DNA from: Candidatus Poribacteria bacterium
Lineage (GTDB): Bacteria; Poribacteria; WGA-4E; WGA-3G
DNA length: 64,000 nucleotides
NCBI GenBank assembly: GCA_965205025.1
Contig: CBDBFU010000014.1
Location: forward strand, 160,001-224,000
Reading direction: 5' to 3'
Positions 40,524-49,277 of the stretch are shown here, piece by piece. Below the pieces are notes generated by a model that worked only from the letters and a program-made list of their open reading frames with translations, ran no database searches and was not told the DNA's origin. The position numbers and the translations under genes were made by a program. Each line of letters opens with the position of its first letter. Position 1 is the first letter of the stretch.

Positions 40524-41378
40524 ATGGAGCAAGAACAACTTGATTATCTGTTTGATTTGCAAGGATATCTAATCTTAGAGAATGCGATTTCTGATGAAGA
40601 TCTTGCAGAGATGAATGAGTGGATTGATAGACATTGGGAATATGTTGAAACCCCTTGGGCTCCTGATTCTGATGATAATCGTATCCCGCGTTGGATAGGT
40701 AATATTGAAACACATACATATAATATTGAAAATGGTGTAAACTTTCAGAATATCATTGAAGGTGGACGGGTATTTGAAAAGCTTATTGACCATCCTTCAT
40801 GGATAAATCTGATTAGAAAATACATTCATGAAGTAAACGGTGTTTCGATCCATGAGAATTTTTTGAATGTACGGGGAGAAGGTGGTTTCATACATATACA
40901 TTGTGGAGGTCATGTCCCACTTAGTTATCTAACTTTTCGACAGATAAATACGGGTGAATGGTTGGTAGGACAGATAAATGTATTGATGGCTCTTAATGAT
41001 ATTGGTCCGGGGGATGGTGCTCCTGTATTAATTCCAGGGAGTCATAAGAGTGCAGAGATTCATCCGCGACTTAAGCATGATGGTAAGGGAATCGTTTATG
41101 ATGGGATAACCGGTAAACCTGCTGGTACTGCATTTGCTACCGAAGAAGTACATCTGAAGGCAGGGGATGTTGTAATGTTTACAGATGCTATTACACACGG
41201 TTCAGCCGAACGCACCAACCCTGGATTTCGTCGGTCGATTGTTTATAGATATTCACCCAGATATGTACGTGAACGTTTTGATTATCCACATTCCGATGAG
41301 TTGTTATCCCGTTTGACACCTGATCAGCGTAAGATAATTCAACCCATGTCTCCGAGACGTCCACCTCAGGTAGCATAG
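40524..41378 (+). CDS. PhyH family Fe/2OG enzyme, HxG variant
   Basis: YLFDLQGYL, IHCGG, ALNDIGPGDG..IPGSHK and FTDAITHG motifs. Confidence 0.85.
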   Translation: MEQEQLDYLFDLQGYLILENAISDEDLAEMNEWIDRHWEYVETPWAPDSDDNRIPRWIGNIETHTYNIENGVNFQNIIEGGRVFEKLIDHPSWINLIRKYIHEVNGVSIHENFLNVRGEGGFIHIHCGGHVPLSYLTFRQINTGEWLVGQINVLMALNDIGPGDGAPVLIPGSHKSAEIHPRLKHDGKGIVYDGITGKPAGTAFATEEVHLKAGDVVMFTDAITHGSAERTNPGFRRSIVYRYSPRYVRERFDYPHSDELLSRLTPDQRKIIQPMSPRRPPQVA

Positions 41379-41454
41379 AGTAACGCCAGTTTGATAATAA
41401 ATGACATCAGTTCAAGAACATATCCTTTCTTGAAGGGCACCCCTTACTGTTCTT

Positions 41455-41511
41455 GTACCACAAACTTTCCAGTTTGTGGTTTACGTACGCAAACTGGAAA
41501 GTTTATGCTAC
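41455..41511. repeat. REPIN-like inverted doublet
   Basis: GTACCACAAACTTTCCAGTTTGTG-9nt-CGCAAACTGGAAAGTTTATGCTAC. Confidence 0.85.
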
Positions 41512-41512
41512 A

Positions 41513-41723
41513 ATGGACTTTTATCAAACTCACTATGATGAATATGGAATTTGGACAGAATTAGATCAGGATTTCGCTGCAGCGGAGATGTTTAGAGTTT
41601 TAGAAAAAGAAGAGGTGGCAGCAGATAATGTCAATAGTTTTTCTTAAAAAATTAGGAAAATTACAGTCTAATCAGATGAATTTAATTGATATTTGTGTTA
41701 AAAATTGGCTTGGTTTGGATTGA
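41513..41723 (+). pseudogene. Probable toxin-antitoxin relic: acidic antitoxin-like tail plus MazF/PemK C-terminus
   Basis: 41513-41647 reads ..WTELDQDFAAAEMFRVLEKEE; 41628-41723 reads KKLGKLQSNQMNLIDICVKNWLGLD*. Confidence 0.45.
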
Positions 41724-41754
41724 TGTGGAAATAAAGAAAGATTCAATTATAAGT

Positions 41755-43245
41755 ATGAAGACTTCTAAAAAAAAACTATGGAGTGGACGATTTAGTGCTG
41801 ATCCTACCACACAAACCATATCATTTTCACACTCCATAGAAGCCGATACACGCCTTATCGGATACGATATTTGGGGTAGTCAAGTTCATGCTATAATGCT
41901 TGAACGGCAAGGTATCATATCTGAAGATGATTTACAAGAAATCTTACATTGGTTAGGAAGAGTAGAGGAAGAGTTTCAATCTGGCAACTTTACGCTTGAT
42001 CCAAATAAAGAAGATGTCCACATGAATGTGGAGTCGTATCTGATTGAGAATGCTGGACGCGAATTTGGTGGTAAACTTCACACAGCCCGTTCCCGAAACG
42101 ATCAAGTTCTTGTGGACGCACACCTTTATATCCGTGAAGAGATATTGAATGTTCTGCGCGGTATTACATCATTATGTGAAACTTTCTTGAATATAGCGAA
42201 AGCACATGTTGATACAGTGATGCCTGGATACACACATACTCAACATGCCCAACCCATTAGTCTCGGTTTTTGGGCGACAGCCTATGTAAGTATGTTTCTT
42301 AGAGACCAGAAACGATTATTGGCAGCCTACAAAATTGCCAATACAAATCCACTCGGGGCATGTGCTTTAGCTGGAACAACCTTTCCAATTGATCGGCAAT
42401 TTACAACCCAACTCCTCGGTTTTGACAACCCCCATGAACATGCTCTTGATGTGATTAGTAGTCGAGATTTTATTGCCGAAACCCTTTTCGCTTTGTCAAT
42501 GGTGATGGCGAATTTATCTCGTTTAAGTGAAGAGATTGTTTACTGGACTACTTTTGAATTTGGTATGGCAGCACTTGATGATGCTTATAGTTCCGGTAGT
42601 TCAATCATGCCTCAAAAGAAAAATGCTGACATCGCGGAACTCACACGGGGACGGACAGGTCGTGTTTATGGTGCTTTAATGGATTTGTTAACAAATCTAA
42701 AGGGTTTACCTTTGGGATATAACCGTGATTTTCAAGAAGATAAACCCCCATTATGGGAAGCGTTTGACATTGTAAATGCCTGTCTTGAGATATTACCGAA
42801 TCTTCTTCAAACCACTGAATTCAAGACTGAACGGATGGCTGAATTGGTGAATGCAAATTTTGCAACTGCAACAGAATTAGCTAATTATCTGGTAAAGGAA
42901 CATCATATAAGTTTTCGGGAGAGTCATGAGATTGTAGGTTGGCTTGTGGGTGAACTTGTGAGACAGGAATTGACATTTTCAGATTGGGAAGAAACCCACA
43001 GATTACTAAAACAGAAGGAAGTAAACATATCAATCCCGAAGTTGCAACAGATTTTAGATCCGGCATTGGCACTTCAGAATAACCAGAGTCTTGGAGGTAC
43101 ATCTCCTAAAGAGGTTAGTCGGATGATAGATAACTTTGAGAAACAATTGGATGATTTTGCAATGAATATCTATACAAGTCAGACAAAAATTGATGATGCA
43201 TACAAGAAGACGATGCATGAAATTGAAAAGGTGTTTAACAGGTAG
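41755..43245 (+). CDS. argH: Argininosuccinate lyase
   Basis: LWSGRF, EDVH, HTARSRNDQ, MPGYTH.Q.AQP, SSIMPQKKN and YNRD.QEDK motifs. Confidence 0.97.
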   Translation: MKTSKKKLWSGRFSADPTTQTISFSHSIEADTRLIGYDIWGSQVHAIMLERQGIISEDDLQEILHWLGRVEEEFQSGNFTLDPNKEDVHMNVESYLIENAGREFGGKLHTARSRNDQVLVDAHLYIREEILNVLRGITSLCETFLNIAKAHVDTVMPGYTHTQHAQPISLGFWATAYVSMFLRDQKRLLAAYKIANTNPLGACALAGTTFPIDRQFTTQLLGFDNPHEHALDVISSRDFIAETLFALSMVMANLSRLSEEIVYWTTFEFGMAALDDAYSSGSSIMPQKKNADIAELTRGRTGRVYGALMDLLTNLKGLPLGYNRDFQEDKPPLWEAFDIVNACLEILPNLLQTTEFKTERMAELVNANFATATELANYLVKEHHISFRESHEIVGWLVGELVRQELTFSDWEETHRLLKQKEVNISIPKLQQILDPALALQNNQSLGGTSPKEVSRMIDNFEKQLDDFAMNIYTSQTKIDDAYKKTMHEIEKVFNR

Positions 43246-43270
43246 AGAGAATTTACATAAGGAAAATAAA

Positions 43271-43984
43271 TTGAAAGATAGATTGATTGTGGCATTAGAT
43301 TTAGATGATGGAGAAGATATTTTCTGGTTATCTCAAGAACTCAAGGGGACAGTAGCATGGGTTAAGATTGGATTTCAGGCATTAATCTCACTTGGTACCG
43401 AAGCATTTGCTTGGTATAGTGAAAATCTATATAAGACATTTGTTGATCTCAAATACCATGATATTCCAAATACTGTCGCCAGAGATGTTGGAACAATGAC
43501 TAAACACGGTGCCGATATGATAAATATGCATGCATCCGGTGGAATGGAGATGATGCAAACTGCACGAATCAGAGCTGAGAATGTTGCTCAGGATAGCAAT
43601 ATTGCCAAACCAATCCTATTAGGGGTAACTATTCTTACCAGTATTGATGAAGAAGGTTTTCAATCTCAATTTGGTTCAGAAAGACAACTATCGGAACAGG
43701 TGGTTTTCCTGGCAAAACAAGCAAAAGAAGCAGGTTTAGATGGTGTTGTTGCATCTCCATTAGAGATTGAACCGATCCGAAAAGCCTGTGGGGATGATTT
43801 TGTGATTGTCACTCCTGGAATACGTCCAAGATGGGCAGAAACTGGAGATCAAAAACGTATTACCACGCCTGCAGAAGCAATTAATAGGGGTGCGGATTTT
43901 ATTGTTGTGGGGAGACCTATTATTGAAGCAGATGATCCGATAGAGGCTGCAGAAAGAATCTTGGAGGAGATTAGAGGAGTATAA
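43271..43984 (+). CDS. pyrF: Orotidine-5'-phosphate decarboxylase
   Basis: LIVALD, DLKYHDIPNTV, VTILTS, VTPGIRP and VVGRPI motifs. Confidence 0.97.
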   Translation: MKDRLIVALDLDDGEDIFWLSQELKGTVAWVKIGFQALISLGTEAFAWYSENLYKTFVDLKYHDIPNTVARDVGTMTKHGADMINMHASGGMEMMQTARIRAENVAQDSNIAKPILLGVTILTSIDEEGFQSQFGSERQLSEQVVFLAKQAKEAGLDGVVASPLEIEPIRKACGDDFVIVTPGIRPRWAETGDQKRITTPAEAINRGADFIVVGRPIIEADDPIEAAERILEEIRGV

Positions 43985-43987
43985 ATT

Positions 43988-45406
43988 ATGAATATTATCT
44001 GTATCTGTTTAGACACGTTTCGAGCGGATATAATTGGTCAAGGAAAGAAGTTTAGCCATGTTCAGACCCCTAACCTTGATGCGTTTGCTTCTGAGAGTGT
44101 TCGATTTACAAATGCCTTTGGTGAGGGACAACCTACACTACAGATCCGCAGGGGGAATTTCACAGGAATGCGGAGTTTTCCGTGGAGATATAATTTTGAC
44201 CGACGTGGCCATTGGCATCATGCACCCGGATGGCATAAAATACCACCAGAACAAGATACTATTGCTGAGGTGTTGTTGGATCGTGGTTATTTAACTGCTC
44301 TCATTGCAGATACATACCACATGTTTAAACCGACGATGAATTTCTCGCGGGGATTTGCACATTTTGATTTCATTCGTGGACAAGAATCAGATAATTGGAA
44401 TAGTGGTGATCCGAGATTGATTGAGGATACTCTACGTAACCATGTCAGTGAACCTATTAATTGGAAACGGCATGCAGGATTGGTAAACTACCTCCTATCT
44501 CAAAGGCATCGAAAAACAGAAGACGATTACAGTTGTGCGCGTGTATTTCGTTCTGCTGCTGATTGGCTACAGGATAATCATACGGTTGGACCATTTTTCC
44601 TATGGGTAGATAGTTTTGATCCACATGAGCCGTGGGATCCACCAAAATCTTACGCGGACATCTATATGTCTGACTATACAGGTAAAGATTTTATTATGGG
44701 TGGTGCTTCATCAGAAGAGGAATTAGATAGGGTTGAAGCACTCTATCTTGGTGAAGTGACTTTTGTTGATAAATGGGTTGGGGTATTATTAGATAAGATT
44801 GAATCACTTAACATCCGGAATGAAACCCTTGTTCTTGTGATGTCTGACCACGGCACACAACTTCGGGATCACGGTAGTTTTGGCAAAGGTGCAAATAAAC
44901 TACATCCCTTCAACACACAACTGAATCTGATGATACGACATCCTGAAGGACCACATGACAAAGATATATCTGCGTTTGTGCAGAACCATGATCTTATGCC
45001 TACTTTACTAAATATGGTTGATATTCCGTGCGGATGGACTGATGGTGAGGATATGTGGCAGCTTGTTAAAGGAGAGAAAGCATATCTGCGTGAACGAATT
45101 ATTACGGGTTGGGCAGGTTTTACAACAGGGAACGCTGTTGGTCGGGTAAGTGTTCGTGATAACCGCTGGAATTTCTGTACTTCTGTCGGGTACAAAGATG
45201 AGAAGGGTGATCAACTATTTGATGTACGAAACGATACTGAAGAAAAGAATAATATAGTGAATGATCACCCAGATATTGTTTCTGAACGACGTAGGGATGT
45301 AGAAGCATTGATAGGGCAGCCATTACCTGGACATTTTATAGAGGTATGTGATCCTGGACATGCTCCAATGCGGCAATGGCTACAGAAGAAGTTATCAGAG
45401 ATGTAA
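43988..45406 (+). CDS. Sulfatase-like (alkaline phosphatase superfamily) hydrolase lacking C/SxPxR
   Basis: NIICICLDTFRAD, FDPHEPWDPP and MSDHG motifs; nucleophile region reads QPTLQIRR. Confidence 0.85.
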   Translation: MNIICICLDTFRADIIGQGKKFSHVQTPNLDAFASESVRFTNAFGEGQPTLQIRRGNFTGMRSFPWRYNFDRRGHWHHAPGWHKIPPEQDTIAEVLLDRGYLTALIADTYHMFKPTMNFSRGFAHFDFIRGQESDNWNSGDPRLIEDTLRNHVSEPINWKRHAGLVNYLLSQRHRKTEDDYSCARVFRSAADWLQDNHTVGPFFLWVDSFDPHEPWDPPKSYADIYMSDYTGKDFIMGGASSEEELDRVEALYLGEVTFVDKWVGVLLDKIESLNIRNETLVLVMSDHGTQLRDHGSFGKGANKLHPFNTQLNLMIRHPEGPHDKDISAFVQNHDLMPTLLNMVDIPCGWTDGEDMWQLVKGEKAYLRERIITGWAGFTTGNAVGRVSVRDNRWNFCTSVGYKDEKGDQLFDVRNDTEEKNNIVNDHPDIVSERRRDVEALIGQPLPGHFIEVCDPGHAPMRQWLQKKLSEM

Positions 45407-45436
45407 GAATTGTAAGAGAATTAGTTGAAGGATAAA

Positions 45437-47407
45437 TTATCTATCAGCAATTCCCATATCTTCTAAATCCCAGAGTAGAAGTGTACCGTTATTACTGCCA
45501 CTGACAAGAATTGATCCATCAGGTGAAAAGGTGAATTTAGTCGGTCCTGCACTTTCCTCTGTATTGAATTGATGATATAATGATCTTGTCTCCATATCAT
45601 AAATTCTGATTACCCCACCGTGTAAGCCAGTGACCATACTCTTACCATCAGGTGAGATTTCTAATCCCTCTGATGTTCCTCTTGCATCAAGAAAGTCAGC
45701 AATGTTTTCTTTAGTATCTGTATCCCACAATTTTATTTCACCATTCCAAAGAGCAGTCAATAGTTTATTATCTGGTGTAAAGGTTACTTCTTCAATTCCA
45801 TTTTCTGCCTGAATAGGTAATGTTGTTTTTGTAAAATCATCAAGATTCCACAAATTCACTGTACCATCTTCACTTCCACTTGCAAACCACTTCCCATCAG
45901 GTGAGAATGTAACAGATCTTACATCTTCAGTATGACCATCAAGTGTTTTATATAACTTTCGATTAGGTACATCCCACAAGAAAACTCTCCCACGCCAATG
46001 ACCACTCCCCAGTAGTTTTTCGTCTGGAGAGAATGCTAACGTTAAAACAAACTCACTATATTTTCCAAGTGGTGGATAGAATTTCTGAGTCTCAGCATCC
46101 CATAACCGTACCTCACCCCAACACCCAGAAGCCACTGTCTTTCCGTCTTTTGAAAATATCATGTCAAAAGCATACCAGGGTGGTTTTGTCTGTATGAATT
46201 TTTCTGAGATACCTGTTTCATCCATATTTGTCTGTGTTATAATACCATCTGAACCACCACTTAGAAGGGTTGCACCGTTATTAATAAAACGTACATCTTT
46301 GACAGATCCAGTATGTCCATGAATTGTTAAAAGTTCTTTCCCAGTATTTACCTCCCACACCTTCGCTGTTCCATCATCACTACCACTTACCAGTTTTTCT
46401 CCATCAGCAGAAAAGTGTAGTGCCTTAACTGGAAGAGTGTGTCCTATAAAGGTACGTTTTATTAACCTATTAGTGTTTTTCCTTTTGTTATTACCTGTAA
46501 GTGAACGTAACATCTTGGCTAATGAAGGTGTATTATCTCTCTCTATATGTGGTGAAGGTTCAAGATGCCATAGATTAATTTTTCCTCCTGTATCACCACT
46601 TGCGAATGTATTTCCATCAGGAGAAAATACGATTTTCTCTACATTGCGTGTATGACCATCGTATGTAAGTAATTCCTCTCCAGATTTAGTATCCCAGCTT
46701 TTAAGAGTTGTAGAACCACCAACAAGTATTTTACTATCTGGTGAAATAGCTAAAGCCCACCCCTCGTAAGGAATTGTATGGAGTTTTTCTTTGGTGAATG
46801 GATCCCATAAGAAAAGCTCGTTTCTTGCAGCACTTGCGATGTAATTTGAATCAGATGATAATGCTAAACCGTTAAACAACCCTTCTTGTTCACCAGTAAA
46901 CGATAACACTTCTCGACTTGATTCAATCTCCCACATATGGTATTCAACATTACGATTCCAACTTAAGCAAGTAAGTAGTCTACCATCTGGGGAAAATACC
47001 AAGGATTTTACACTCCCAATTCTTTCTTTCATTACCGTAAGGAGTTCACCTTTATTGACATCCCATAATTCTACTGCACCTCCTATAACCCAGTTTCCTA
47101 TAGCGAGTGTGTTACCATCTGGGGCAAATGCAATACAATTTACATTCCGAACACCTCGTGGTTTTACCTTAAGGAGAGATATTTCAGTTCCCGTATGCGC
47201 GTCATAAATCCAAACACCTATATCCGAAGCCACTGCCAACCGTGAACCGTCCGGAGACAATTTCATATCGTTGATTCCTCCTTTACCGATACGCATTATC
47301 GCTCCATCAGGTAAGTGCCATTGGTTATAATCTTGGACTTGACTGGTTGAATGGAATACAATGAATTGCATTAGTATGCAGGTTAGAATAAGAAAAGTCT
47401 TCTTCAT
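45437..47407 (-). CDS. Secreted WD40-repeat protein
   Basis: Signal peptide, QWHLPDGA..RIGKG leader, many GH..V..FSPDG..ASGS.DG.V.LW repeats. Confidence 0.92.
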   Translation of the reverse strand: MKKTFLILTCILMQFIVFHSTSQVQDYNQWHLPDGAIMRIGKGGINDMKLSPDGSRLAVASDIGVWIYDAHTGTEISLLKVKPRGVRNVNCIAFAPDGNTLAIGNWVIGGAVELWDVNKGELLTVMKERIGSVKSLVFSPDGRLLTCLSWNRNVEYHMWEIESSREVLSFTGEQEGLFNGLALSSDSNYIASAARNELFLWDPFTKEKLHTIPYEGWALAISPDSKILVGGSTTLKSWDTKSGEELLTYDGHTRNVEKIVFSPDGNTFASGDTGGKINLWHLEPSPHIERDNTPSLAKMLRSLTGNNKRKNTNRLIKRTFIGHTLPVKALHFSADGEKLVSGSDDGTAKVWEVNTGKELLTIHGHTGSVKDVRFINNGATLLSGGSDGIITQTNMDETGISEKFIQTKPPWYAFDMIFSKDGKTVASGCWGEVRLWDAETQKFYPPLGKYSEFVLTLAFSPDEKLLGSGHWRGRVFLWDVPNRKLYKTLDGHTEDVRSVTFSPDGKWFASGSEDGTVNLWNLDDFTKTTLPIQAENGIEEVTFTPDNKLLTALWNGEIKLWDTDTKENIADFLDARGTSEGLEISPDGKSMVTGLHGGVIRIYDMETRSLYHQFNTEESAGPTKFTFSPDGSILVSGSNNGTLLLWDLEDMGIADR

Positions 47408-47601
47408 GATATGTTCCTCATATTTATTCTATTTGATTCGGTTTGGAAACCGAACCTATCGTTGTTTTTATTAAATTATAAGATGTGACATTCAATTCTT
47501 AGTATTTGATTACAATACAGTATAACATTATTCAGTAATATTGATACAGTTTTCAACGTGACCTATAAATACTGGTTCATCGGTGTGTATAGAATTATAT
47601 A

Positions 47602-48192
47602 CCATAGGCGTCAATTTAGGAGAAAAAATGTTGTATCCCAGACCGGTAGGTGCGGTTTCCCAACCGCACTATTGGGCCTCAATTTTAGACTATGACTTTA
47701 TTGGTTTTGAGTCCCGGGGAATGCCTAAATGGCATTCATACCGTTGATTTGGTAGGGACGGAATGTCTATAGAAAAAGGATCAATTAACAAAATGAGTCC
47801 CGTAGGGACGGAATGTCTATAGAAGTGGTTATCACCAATATCCCAAGCCCCGGTGAATGCCATAAGGCATTCATACCCGGTGAACGCCAAAAGGCGTTCA
47901 TACCGTTGATTCCTTGATTCGCGGGGCGAAAGGTGTGTAGAAAACGTATAAACACAAAACACTAAGCCCCGGTGAATGACTAATGAAGATTAACTAAATA
48001 TTTCGGTAATTCTAATTTTCCCAAACCCGGTAGGTGCGGTTTCCTAACCGCACTGGATCTTTCTCCAAAATTACCGAATTTAAAAATTAATCTTCATATG
48101 TCATTCATACCCGGTGAACGCCAAAAGGCGTTCATACCGTTGATTCCTTGATTCGCGGGGCGAAAGGTGTATCCCTAAATTGACGCCTATGG
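47602..48192. mobile_element. 591-bp non-coding element (family F) with perfect 19-bp TIRs and an 18-bp TSD
   Basis: CCATAGGCGTCAATTTAGG/CCTAAATTGACGCCTATGG; TGTGTATAGAATTATATA at 47584-47601 and 48193-48210. Confidence 0.92.
47984..48096. mobile_element. MITE family D, copy 2, nested in the F element
   Basis: TGAAGATTAA..TTCGGTAAT/ATTACCGAA..TTAATCTTCA; cargo GTAGGTGCGGTTTCCTAACCGCAC. Confidence 0.85.
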
Positions 48193-48415
48193 TGTGTATA
48201 GAATTATATACCTACCCAATGATAGATCTTTATATGTAAGACACCGGTGTGCTATAAAGGGTACATACAACAGAAAAATCCAACGCATCTATGCAAGCTT
48301 CTCGGCAAGTCAAATAATTAGTTGTGTCAAAATTAATTGATTATGGTATAGGTTTTTAGTATAATATCAAACAGGAAGATAACTCCAAAATTTTCATTAT
48401 TTTAAGGAAAAGAAT

Positions 48416-49186
48416 ATGCAACGTAAAAGCTCCCGATCAAAATACTGTATGGGTGAACTGATTGAACGTGAAGATTTTTCTGAAGATTTAGCCGCCTTCA
48501 AATTCAAGACTGACCAAAAACTCCCGTTTATTCCTGGACAATATGCTACCATCGGTTTTGAAGTGAATGAAAAGATTGTTCAACGACCCTATTCAATTGT
48601 ATCATCACCTCACGAAGATTTTATGGAGGTGTTTGTAGAATTGGTACCGGAAGGTGCTACAACTCCACTGTTTTGGGAATTGAAACTTGGCGATAGTGTT
48701 TTTATCAGGGATCGTCTTGTTGGGAAGTTTGTTATGGATGTGGATAGTGGTATGACCCGTCATGTTATGGCAGGAACAGTTACAGGGGCTGCTCCTTATA
48801 TCAGTATTGCTCGGACGTTGAAGATTGAACAGGAACAGGGTAAATCGAACCCGCATGAGATTCTTACTATTGTTGGGGCAAGTCGTTCATGGGAACTTGG
48901 GTATTATATGGATGAGCTGAATGAACTTGCTGCTCAGGAGGAATGGTTTAGTTTTGTGCCTACTGTGAGCCGTCCCTGGGAAGATGAAAAGTGGGAAGGT
49001 GAGAGTGGACGTGCTGAAGATGTTATCCGTAAATATGGGGACGAGATGGGGTATGATCATACGAATTCAGTTGTTTATGCGTGTGGACATCCACAGATGA
49101 TTGAGAATTCCAAGGCTATTTGGTCACGTGCACGTTTCCCTGAGGAACGGATTAAAGAGGAGAAGTTTTTTGTAATTAAGGAGTAG
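48416..49186 (+). CDS. fpr: Ferredoxin--NADP(+) reductase (bacterial type)
   Basis: FIPGQY, RPYSIVS, TVTGAAPY, TVSRP, YACGHPQM and terminal EKF motifs. Confidence 0.85.
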   Translation: MQRKSSRSKYCMGELIEREDFSEDLAAFKFKTDQKLPFIPGQYATIGFEVNEKIVQRPYSIVSSPHEDFMEVFVELVPEGATTPLFWELKLGDSVFIRDRLVGKFVMDVDSGMTRHVMAGTVTGAAPYISIARTLKIEQEQGKSNPHEILTIVGASRSWELGYYMDELNELAAQEEWFSFVPTVSRPWEDEKWEGESGRAEDVIRKYGDEMGYDHTNSVVYACGHPQMIENSKAIWSRARFPEERIKEEKFFVIKE

Positions 49187-49227
49187 GTTTGACGGAGAAT
49201 TGTTAAAAGATTGCATGTTAAATAAAT

Positions 49228-49270
49228 AGCGGTAACTGATGAATTGTGCTTCGGTTACCGCTTTCTTTTT
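49228..49270. terminator. Intrinsic terminator between convergent genes
   Basis: AGCGGTAACTGA...TCGGTTACCGCT followed by TTCTTTTT. Confidence 0.75.
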
Positions 49271-49277
49271 AGTAATA

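Noticed and set aside
47700-48170. Recurring palindromes as a CRISPR array
   Set aside because: Irregular spacing and repeated rather than unique intervening sequence; better explained as nested REP/MITE units
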